Positions 50,714 to 61,000 of a stretch of 64,000 bases of DNA are shown piece by piece; position 1 is the first letter of the stretch; each line of letters begins with the position of its first letter. A program made the position numbers and the translations under genes. The DNA comes from Balanoglossus misakiensis (Eukaryota > Animalia > Hemichordata), in the NCBI GenBank assembly GCA_040954595.2, contig CM082586.2, forward strand, positions 11,129,337 to 11,193,336. The letters run 5' to 3'. The notes beneath the pieces are model-generated. The model saw nothing but the letters and a program-made list of their open reading frames with translations, was not told the DNA's origin and did no database searches.

Positions 50714-50937
50714 AGTGATGGGGTCGTCGCACTGCGTTTGTTTGTTTATAAACATTGCAATTCATCCACAAATCCCTGAAATTAGACAGCCACGACCTAC
50801 TAGGATCTTCAGTTGCTGTCATGGACAGTCTAGGATACTGTCAGCTGCTTCGTTCATTCTAAGAATTATCTTATTTGAGGGATTTGTGGATGAATTGTAA
50901 TGTTTATAAACAAACGCATTGCGACGACCCCTTCACT
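50714..50937. mobile_element. MITE family C (~60-bp TIRs, ATAA/TTAA flanks; Kolobok-like)
   Basis: AGTGATGGGGTCGTCGCA..TTTATAAACATTGCAATTCATCCACAAATCCC / GGGATTTGTGGATGAATTGTAATGTTTATAAA..TGCGACGACCCCTTCACT|TTAA. Confidence 0.8.
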
Positions 50938-51012
50938 TTAAAACAACTGACATTTATGAGTTTAAGTATTTGTCTGCATGCATTCTTATCATTGTGATCC
51001 TTGTTCTGACAG

Positions 51013-51113
51013 ACTGTCCCGAAATTGTGATTAGTGAGGGCGTCGTGACCAGTACAGAGATAGAAGGTATGATGTCTCTGTCTCATTCCAATGCTCGGAC
51101 GGTTATCCAGTAG
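51013..51113 (+). pseudogene. Exon remnant: Sushi 1, frameshifted and truncated by a TTAA MITE starting at 51118
   Basis: gacag|DCPEIVISEGVVTST [extra AG at ~51057] DRRYDVSVSFQCSDGYPV, then TTAA|AGGGGATGTCCGG (same family as 54737-54843). Confidence 0.75.
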
Positions 51114-51348
51114 TTAAAGGGGATGTCCGGTCTAGCTGATATCTACATAATTTTGTAGCTTTGAGGTCACTCTTTCAGGAAAAAAAAACATTTTCGCCGT
51201 GTATAAGTCGTACCAGCTATGCAAATATGCCTAGCCTGGTGTCTTGTATCCAAGATAATTAATGAAAAAAGTGCAGTGACTTAATTTGTCTCTTGAATCT
51301 ATTGTTAGCAACAACTTGAATGACACTAATTTGTTGTTTATTTTTTAG

Positions 51349-51528
51349 GAATAACATGTGGTGGACCCCCTGAGTGCAGCAATGGAATTCTTACCAATGT
51401 TACCAGTACAGTGTATGGTGGCATTGCTTATTATCAATGCATTGAGGGCTATCAGTTTATAAATAATGTGTCTTCATTGGAATGCCAAGCAGATGGTGTC
51501 TGGGGTCCACTTGTGCCCCAATGCGAGC
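51349..51528 (+). pseudogene. Exon: Sushi/CCP 2
   Basis: tttag|ITCGGPPECSNG..YGGIAYYQCIEGYQF..LECQADGVWGPLVPQCE|gtaagt. Confidence 0.9.
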
Positions 51529-51631
51529 GTAAGTTGATATTTTTGAAAACAATTAAACTGCCATTGTAGTGCACACTTAGGAGACGGATTTTCAGAAAAA
51601 TGTTAGTCCTCTGAACCTTTCAGTGCTTTAA

Positions 51632-51931
51632 AGCCACTAGAGCTGCCACTTTTTGCATTTATTTTCAGATTTTATTTTCCGACGTAGATTGGTACATTGA
51701 AATAATTAAGCTTACTGATAGGGATACAAGAACATGTCATCAATGCCTGATTGTGGCTGTATGTTGCAATTTAAACGTGCAATGTATTAAACAGGTGCCG
51801 TACCCATTTTATTAAAATCAGCCTCCATACAAACAGTATGCAGCTAGCTATCGTGGTATGCATCACCATAGATTTGAAAGGTTTTACTGTGGAAAAGAAA
51901 AAAATTGTGAAATTTGGCAGCTCTAGAGGCT
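51632..51931. mobile_element. 300-bp TTAA-flanked MITE (Kolobok-like)
   Basis: TTAA|AGCCACTAGAGCTGCCA...TGGCAGCTCTAGAGGCT|TTAA. Confidence 0.85.
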
Positions 51932-52232
51932 TTAAAGTGTGTGATGAGTCGTTTTGAAAACAAAGTATAACACAGGGTGTTCACTGTCATGTTTTCATAA
52001 AAATCACTGACTCAAGTTGAAATTCTCTCCATAGCGTTATGATGGGGCACTTTGTGCTGGTTGCTACATTCCACATGGGTGTCTAATTGGGACATTACAC
52101 ACTGAATGTTAAACCAGACACTGGTAACTTGAAAATATGCAGGATTGTGAGGGTTACTGCTACATGTCCCTTTAAACCATTTTCCTAGTATTAACACACT
52201 TGTAATGTTATCTGTTCATCTTATCCAAACAG

Positions 52233-52415
52233 CTCGCGAGTGTCCACCACCGAATGTAGACAACTACTTATCATATGAAATTGTTAATGGTGATTCATTG
52301 ATTTTTGGAACAACCATTGCCTACTCATGTCCATCTGGCTACAGTCTGACTGGCTACACTGTCTCTACATGTGGTGAAGATGGATCATGGATTAGAGATC
52401 CAGGATACTGTCAAC
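52233..52415 (+). pseudogene. Exon: Sushi/CCP 3
   Basis: aacag|RECPPPNVDN..FGTTIAYSCPSGYSLTGYTVSTCGEDGSWIRDPGYCQ|gtaagt. Confidence 0.9.
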
Positions 52416-52725
52416 GTAAGTCATTTAAGGATGTACATTCAGTAAAATTGAAAATATGGTCATTTCTTTTAATTGTTAATTTTTGGATTATCCTATGTAT
52501 GTATAATGAAAATTTGTGATAAAATATAGGGGTCACCACGCTTGTTTTTGAAATACAGAGTCATGAATTTAGTCGATAATTGAAAAAAAGGAGTCAATGG
52601 TATCTGGACTTTTATAGTGGGAACTTGGGGTGAAAATGTTAAAGTTGTGACAGAATACAGATACCCAATATATATACCACAATCAAGTCTGCATCCACAT
52701 AGTGTTTTATTTTTTTTACTTGCAG

Positions 52726-52908
52726 GATTGAACTGCAGTGATATACTCATAACAGACCCACATCTACAAGCTGTCCCTGATAGTGGACCATATTATATGG
52801 GCAGTAACATCACATTCTATTGTAATGCTGGCTATGAATTAAATGGTGCTGATTACCTGACTTGTCAATCCGATTTACATTGGAATAGTGCAATACCATC
52901 ATGCATTG
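52726..52908 (+). pseudogene. Exon: Sushi/CCP 4
   Basis: tgcag|LNCSDI..YYMGSNITFYCNAGYELNGADYLTCQSDLHWNSAIPSCI|gtaagt. Confidence 0.9.
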
Positions 52909-53385
52909 GTAAGTTCACATCAAGATTGGTCTTCATGTGGTTGTCTGCTTATGAGGTACCGTAATCGATCACTCCAGTAATTTGACTATTTATCATAAAT
53001 GTCACCTAAACTACATGCTGATAGGACATACAGTTCATGCCATGCAAATCTATGGCTGTCAGAAATTTCATGATTTTCGTAATTTTATTTTTCATTGATT
53101 ACTGTAAAACAGGAAATTTTCGCGACAAAGAAATTTTTTGCGATATCAAAAGCAGAAACTGTTATGAGACGATTAATTTTCATGTTCTCGTATTTCACTA
53201 CATTGTTATCACTGAAAATAGTTTTTTACGCAAAAATGTCTTTTTTTTTTGGCTCTTGCATAGTTCGCGAAAATTTGTTTGTGAAAATTTCCTGTTGGTC
53301 TGGTGGTTCCCAGCTAAACTTGTTGGTCTGAATTTACCAGCGGACCTGTGGGATTTTGATCATATCTTGATAAATAACATTTCAG

Positions 53386-53514
53386 ATATCAATGAATGTA
53401 GTACATTGGTGGCACGGTGTGGAATCAATCAAGTCTGTGAAAATAGAGATGGTGACTATCAGTGTGCATGTTTGGTGGGATTTGAACCAGATGTGAATGG
53501 AACAGCATGCAAAG
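53386..53514 (+). pseudogene. Exon: calcium-binding EGF domain
   Basis: ttcag|DINECSTLVARCGINQVCENRDGDYQCACLVGFEPDVNGTACK|gtgaga. Confidence 0.9.
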
Positions 53515-54035
53515 GTGAGACATAATCAAGTCACTTGCAACATAAGTTCAAGTCACTATTTTCACATTTAACACATTCCGAACTTATTTCAGAATTCCGG
53601 ATAAATTTTTGGAATGACCTTTTAATCTCAGGTGTCTTTTTCTCATAGGATTACATTGATAATTGCTAGAAAACAAACTTCTACTATTGTCATTTTCACG
53701 AAATTTTACACATAGCTCAGTCTAGTAAATATAAATTCATTGGTCAAATAAAATTGTGTGATTACAATGCTCTATTTTGAGATAAATTTCTTTAAGGTTT
53801 TTGTCCATAGACAAACCATTGGTGAACCATGCTGAGTCAGCAGGTTTCTTCTATTATCAACTAAATTAATGGCCTTGTATTTCAAAAGCAAGCAAGGTGA
53901 CGCCTTTATTTTATCACAGATTCATCTTGTACGTACACAAGATAATCCCAAAATTCACGATTAAAAGAAATGACAATACTTTCAATTTTACTGAACGTAC
54001 ATTGTTTTAATCCAATCCATGTTCCTTCTTTGTAG

Positions 54036-54221
54036 ATATAAATGAATGTGCTTCACATTCTTGTGATCAACTTTGTAAAAACACTGCAGGTGGTTTTCAA
54101 TGTTCCTGTGAAGAAGGCTATCTCTTATATGCAAATAACGGCACAGGTGGATTCTATCTGCCACCTGGAGAAACTGGTCTCTCAATGTATGATGTCTACA
54201 CTTTTAACCAATCATGTGTTC
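54036..54221 (+). pseudogene. Exon: calcium-binding EGF with a long Uif-type loop insert
   Basis: tgtag|DINECASHSCDQLCKNTAGGFQCSCEEGYLLYANNGTGGFYLPPGETGLSMYDVYTFNQSCV|gtaagt. Confidence 0.9.
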
Positions 54222-54250
54222 GTAAGTATCATGTTAAACTATAGAGTTAA

Positions 54251-54435
54251 AGGTATATGATCACCCATGGAAAATTAGCTATATATAGTTACCATGGAAA
54301 ATTGAAATCTAGCCAATCACAGATTTTCATTTGGTGGCACACGTGGAAAACAGGCGCCACCATATGTTCTTTAGAATGCTCAAATACGCCATTCAGCCAT
54401 ATATGGGAATGTGTATTGAAGGTGACTGTATACTT
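54251..54435. mobile_element. 185-bp TTAA-flanked MITE
   Basis: TTAA|AGGTATATGATCACC...GGTGACTGTATACTT|TTAA. Confidence 0.75.
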
Positions 54436-54736
54436 TTAACCAAGATTTGTCATATTATTGACCTTTATACCGCAATGAATTTGCAGCAACAAAAAGTGGA
54501 CAAAAAGCTGAATTTCATAATTGGATTTCATAATTTTGCCGTAATTCAATAATGAAATGTGGAGAAAGTCAGCAGACCAACTTTGCACTGTTATTATTTA
54601 TTTTGGATTTGTTTCCCTCCTGCTAACAAAAGTGTCCTCTCACCTCATGGCATGAAGATGCATTGAATTCTGAGAAAAAGGGGATTAATACTTGAGTGTA
54701 TTTACAAAGACAAACAAGCTCACTGGTAGCATTTAA

Positions 54737-54843
54737 AGGGGAAGTCCGGTTCAGCTACATAATTGGGTAGCTTTGAGGTCATTCTTTCAGAAAAAAACAT
54801 TGTGTAGAAATTATGCATAAATCAGCTGGACAGGACTTCCCTT
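54737..54843. mobile_element. 107-bp TTAA-flanked MITE (same family as the 51118 fragment)
   Basis: TTAA|AGGGGAAGTCCGGTTCAGCT...AGCTGGACAGGACTTCCCTT|TTAA. Confidence 0.75.
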
Positions 54844-55072
54844 TTAATATTTCCAAGCAAGGCAATTGGTTTACTGCAACAATTACTTTGAAAACACAGT
54901 GTAAAACAACAATCATGATATGAATGTTACTTTAATAGATAGTCATACTTATATAAGCATGACTGTCTATGTTGGTCTGTAAGTTGTATTTGAAAGAAAA
55001 GTTTCATGTACGAATAGTACAAAGATTGACATTTAGTCCACAAATCCCTGAAATGAGACAGCCACGACCTAC

Positions 55073-58000
55073 CATTAACATTAACCAGAGCACACAGTAA
55101 CCAGGCCAGAGTGGCCAGTATCGTGCCCATTAATTTTGAGTGTTTGATGGGGGTCAACCTTTGCGTCAACATTAACCAGAGCACACAGTAACCAGGCCGT
55201 AGTGGACAGTGTTCTGCCCATTAATTTTGAGTGTTTGGTGGGGTCAACCTTTGCTTCAACATTAACCAGAGCACACAGTAACCAGGCCATAGTGGACAGT
55301 GTGCTGCCCATTAATTTTGAGTGTTTGGTGGGGTCAACCTTTGCGTCAACATTAACCAGAGCACACAGTAACCAGGCCGTAGTGGACAGTGTTCTGCCCA
55401 TTAATTTTGAGTGTTTGGTGGGGTCAACCTTTGCGTCAACATTAACCAGAGCACACAGTAACCAGGCCGTAGTGGACAGTGTTCTGCCCATTAATTTTGA
55501 GTGTTTGGTGGGGTCAACCTTTGCGTCAACATTAACCAGAGCACACAGTAACCAGGCCGTAGTGGACAGTGTTCTGCCCATTAATTTTGAGTGTTTGGTG
55601 GGGTCAACCTTTGCGTCAACATTAACTAGGCCAGAGTGGCCAGTATCGTGCCCATTAATTTTGAGTGTTTGGTGGGGTCAACCTTTGCGTCAACATTAAC
55701 TAGGCCAGAGTGGCCAGTATCGTGCCCATTAATTTTGAGTGTTTGGTGGGGTCAACCTTTGCGTCAACATTAACTAGGCCAGAGTGGCCAGTATCGTGCC
55801 CATTAATTTTGAGTGTTTGGTGGGGTCAACCTTTGCGCCAACATTAACTAGGCCAGAGCGGCCAGTATCGTGCCCATTAATTTTGAGTGTTTGGTGGGGG
55901 TCAACCTTTGCGTCAACATTAACCAGAGCACACAGTAACCAGGCCGTAGTGGACAGTGTTCTGCCCATTAATTTTGAGTGTTTGGTGGGGGTCAACCTTT
56001 GCGTCAACATTAACCAGAGCACACAGTAACCAGGCCATAGTGGACAGTGTGCTGCCCATTAATTTTGAGTGTTTGGTGGGGTCAACCTTTGCGTCAACAT
56101 TAACCAGAGCACACAGTAACCAGGCCATAGTGGACAGTGTTCTGCCCATTAATTTTGAGTGTTTGGTGGGGTCAACCTTTGCGTCAACATTAACCAGAGC
56201 ACACAGTAACCAGGCCGTAGTGGACAGTGTTCTGCCCATTAATTTTGAGTGTTTGGTGGGTCAACCTTTGCGTCAACATTAACCAGAGCACACAGTAACC
56301 AGGCCGTAGTGGACAGTGTTCTGCCCATTAATTTTGAATGTTTGGTGGGGTCAACCTTTGCGTCAACATTAACCAGAGCACACAGTAACCAGGCCATAGT
56401 GGACAGTGTTCTGCCCTTTAATTTTGAGTGTTTGGTGGGGTCAACCTTTGCGTCAACATTAACCAGAGCACACAGTAACCAGGCCATAGTGGACAGTGTG
56501 CTGCCCATTAATTTTGAGTGTTTGGTGGGGTCAACCTTTGCGTCAACATTAACCAGAGCACACAGTAACCAGGCCGTAGTGGACAGTGTTCTGCCCATTA
56601 ATTTTGAGTGTTTGGTGGGGTCAACCTTTGCGTCAACATTAACCAGAGCACACAGTAACCAGGCCATAGTGGACAGTGTTCTGCCCATTAATTTTGAGTG
56701 TTTGGTGGGGTCAACCTTTGCGTCAACATTAACCAGAGCACACAGTAACCAGGCCGTAGTGGACAGTGTTCTGCCCATTAATTTTGAGTGTTTGGTGGGG
56801 TCAACCTTTGCGTCAACATTAACCAGAGCACACAGTAACCAGGCCAGAGTGGCCAGTATCGTGCCCATTAATTTTGAGTGTTTGATGGGGGTCAACCTTT
56901 GCGTCAACATTAACCAGAGCACACAGTAACCAGGCCGTAGTGGACAGTGTTCTGCCCATTAATTTTGAGTGTTTGGTGGGGTCAACCTTTGCGTCAACAT
57001 TAACCAGAGCACACAGTAACCAGGCCATAGTGGACAGTGTGCTGCCCATTAATTTTGAGTGTTTGGTGGGGTCAACCTTTGCGTCAACATTAACCAGAGC
57101 ACACAGTAACCAGGCCGTAGTGGACAGTGTTCTGCCCATTAATTTTGAGTGTTTGGTGGGGTCAACCTTTGCGTCAACATTAACCAGAGCACACAGTAAC
57201 CAGGCCGTAGTGGACAGTGTTCTGCCCATTAATTTTGAGTGTTTGGTGGGGTCAACCTTTGCGTCAACATTAACCAGAGCACACAGTAACCAGGCCGTAG
57301 TGGACAGTGTTCTGCCCATTAATTTTGAGTGTTTGGTGGGGTCAACCTTTGCGTCAACATTAACCAGAGCACACAGTAACCAGGCCGTAGTGGACAGTGT
57401 TCTGCCCATTAATTTTGAGTGTTTGGTGGGGTCAACCTTTGCGTCAACATTAACTAGGCCAGAGTGGCCAGTATCGTGCCCATTAATTTTGAGTGTTTGG
57501 TGGGGTCAACCTTTGCGTCAACATTAACTAGGCCAGAGTGGCCAGTATCGTGCCCATTAATTTTGAGTGTTTGGTGGGGTCAACCTTTGCGTCAACATTA
57601 ACTAGGCCAGAGTGGCCAGTATCGTGCCCATTAATTTTGAGTGTTTGGTGGGGTCAACCTTTGCGCCAACATTAACTAGGCCAGAGCGGCCAGTATCGTG
57701 CCCATTAATTTTGAGTGTTTGGTGGGGGTCAACCTTTGCGTCAACATTAACCAGAGCACACAGTAACCAGGCCGTAGTGGACAGTGTTCTGCCCATTAAT
57801 TTTGAGTGTTTGGTGGGGGTCAACCTTTGCGTCAACATTAACCAGAGCACACAGTAACCAGGCCATAGTGGACAGTGTGCTGCCCATTAATTTTGAGTGT
57901 TTGGTGGGGTCAACCTTTGCGTCAACATTAACCAGAGCACACAGTAACCAGGCCATAGTGGACAGTGTTCTGCCCATTAATTTTGAGTGTTTGGTGGGGT

Positions 58001-61000
58001 CAACCTTTGCGTCAACATTAACCAGAGCACACAGTAACCAGGCCGTAGTGGACAGTGTTCTGCCCATTAATTTTGAGTGTTTGGTGGGTCAACCTTTGCG
58101 TCAACATTAACCAGAGCACACAGTAACCAGGCCGTAGTGGACAGTGTTCTGCCCATTAATTTTGAATGTTTGGTGGGGTCAACCTTTGCGTCAACATTAA
58201 CCAGAGCACACAGTAACCAGGCCATAGTGGACAGTGTTCTGCCCTTTAATTTTGAGTGTTTGGTGGGGTCAACCTTTGCGTCAACATTAACCAGAGCACA
58301 CAGTAACCAGGCCATAGTGGACAGTGTGCTGCCCATTAATTTTGAGTGTTTGGTGGGGTCAACCTTTGCGTCAACATTAACCAGAGCACACAGTAACCAG
58401 GCCGTAGTGGACAGTGTTCTGCCCATTAATTTTGAGTGTTTGGTGGGGTCAACCTTTGCGTCAACATTAACCAGAGCACACAGTAACCAGGCCATAGTGG
58501 ACAGTGTTCTGCCCATTAATTTTGAGTGTTTGGTGGGGTCAACCTTTGCGTCAACATTAACCAGAGCACACAGTAACCAGGCCGTAGTGGACAGTGTTCT
58601 GCCCATTAATTTTGAGTGTTTGGTGGGGTCAACCTTTGCGTCAACATTAACCAGAGCACACAGTAACCAGGCCAGAGTGGCCAGTATCGTGCCCATTAAT
58701 TTTGAGTGTTTGATGGGGGTCAACCTTTGCGTCAACATTAACCAGAGCACACAGTAACCAGGCCGTAGTGGACAGTGTTCTGCCCATTAATTTTGAGTGT
58801 TTGGTGGGGTCAACCTTTGCGTCAACATTAACCAGAGCACACAGTAACCAGGCCATAGTGGACAGTGTGCTGCCCATTAATTTTGAGTGTTTGGTGGGGT
58901 CAACCTTTGCGTCAACATTAACCAGAGCACACAGTAACCAGGCCGTAGTGGACAGTGTTCTGCCCATTAATTTTGAGTGTTTGGTGGGGTCAACCTTTGC
59001 GTCAACATTAACCAGAGCACACAGTAACCAGGCCGTAGTGGACAGTGTTCTGCCCATTAATTTTGAGTGTTTGGTGGGGTCAACCTTTGCGTCAACATTA
59101 ACCAGAGCACACAGTAACCAGGCCGTAGTGGACAGTGTTCTGCCCATTAATTTTGAGTGTTTGGTGGGGTCAACCTTTGCGTCAACATTAACTAGGCCAG
59201 AGTGGCCAGTATCGTGCCCATTAATTTTGAGTGTTTGGTGGGGTCAACCTTTGCGTCAACATTAACTAGGCCAGAGTGGCCAGTATCGTGCCCATTAATT
59301 TTGAGTGTTTGGTGGGGTCAACCTTTGCGCCAACATTAACTAGGCCAGAGCGGCCAGTATCGTGCCCATTAATTTTGAGTGTTTGGTGGGGGTCAACCTT
59401 TGCGTCAACATTAACCAGAGCACACAGTAACCAGGCCGTAGTGGACAGTGTTCTGCCCATTAATTTTGAGTGTTTGGTGGGGGTCAACCTTTGCGTCAAC
59501 ATTAACCAGAGCACACAGTAACCAGGCCATAGTGGACAGTGTGCTGCCCATTAATTTTGAGTGTTTGGTGGGGTCAACCTTTGCGTCAACATTAACCAGA
59601 GCACACAGTAACCAGGCCATAGTGGACAGTGTTCTGCCCATTAATTTTGAGTGTTTGGTGGGGTCAACCTTTGCGTCAACATTAACCAGAGCACACAGTA
59701 ACCAGGCCGTAGTGGACAGTGTTCTGCCCATTAATTTTGAGTGTTTGGTGGGTCAACCTTTGCGTCAACATTAACCAGAGCACACAGTAACCAGGCCGTA
59801 GTGGACAGTGTTCTGCCCATTAATTTTGAATGTTTGGTGGGGTCAACCTTTGCGTCAACATTAACCAGAGCACACAGTAACCAGGCCATAGTGGACAGTG
59901 TTCTGCCCTTTAATTTTGAGTGTTTGGTGGGGTCAACCTTTGCGTCAACATTAACCAGAGCACACAGTAACCAGGCCATAGTGGACAGTGTGCTGCCCAT
60001 TAATTTTGAGTGTTTGGTGGGGTCAACCTTTGCGTCAACATTAACCAGAGCACACAGTAACCAGGCCGTAGTGGACAGTGTTCTGCCCATTAATTTTGAG
60101 TGTTTGGTGGGGTCAACCTTTGCGTCAACATTAACCAGAGCACACAGTAACCAGGCCATAGTGGACAGTGTTCTGCCCATTAATTTTGAGTGTTTGGTGG
60201 GGTCAACCTTTGCGTCAACATTAACCAGAGCACACAGTAACCAGGCCGTAGTGGACAGTGTTCTGCCCATTAATTTTGAGTGTTTGGTGGGGTCAACCTT
60301 TGCGTCAACATTAACCAGAGCACACAGTAACCAGGCCAGAGTGGCCAGTATCGTGCCCATTAATTTTGAGTGTTTGATGGGGGTCAACCTTTGCGTCAAC
60401 ATTAACCAGAGCACACAGTAACCAGGCCGTAGTGGACAGTGTTCTGCCCATTAATTTTGAGTGTTTGGTGGGGTCAACCTTTGCGTCAACATTAACCAGA
60501 GCACACAGTAACCAGGCCATAGTGGACAGTGTGCTGCCCATTAATTTTGAGTGTTTGGTGGGGTCAACCTTTGCGTCAACATTAACCAGAGCACACAGTA
60601 ACCAGGCCGTAGTGGACAGTGTTCTGCCCATTAATTTTGAGTGTTTGGTGGGGTCAACCTTTGCGTCAACATTAACCAGAGCACACAGTAACCAGGCCGT
60701 AGTGGACAGTGTTCTGCCCATTAATTTTGAGTGTTTGGTGGGGTCAACCTTTGCGTCAACATTAACCAGAGCACACAGTAACCAGGCCGTAGTGGACAGT
60801 GTTCTGCCCATTAATTTTGAGTGTTTGGTGGGGTCAACCTTTGCGTCAACATTAACCAGAGCACACAGTAACCAGGCCGTAGTGGACAGTGTTCTGCCCA
60901 TTAATTTTGAGTGTTTGGTGGGGTCAACCTTTGCGTCAACATTAACTAGGCCAGAGTGGCCAGTATCGTGCCCATTAATTTTGAGTGTTTGGTGGGGTCA

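Larger units (their letters stand above)
41201..54221 (+). pseudogene. uif: uninflatable-like (CLECT-CUB-CUB-CUB-4xSushi-EGF-EGF...) multi-exon gene, disabled; no 5' exons recognised; 3' part lies beyond the satellite/window
   Basis: Domain order, GFRASFSP|DCP and the EGF insert GYLLYANNGTGGFYLPPGETGLSMYDVYTFNQSCV resemble Uif-family proteins (recalled, not searched). Lesions at ~41757, 44753-44767, 46679, 47482 and ~51057-51117. Confidence 0.75.
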
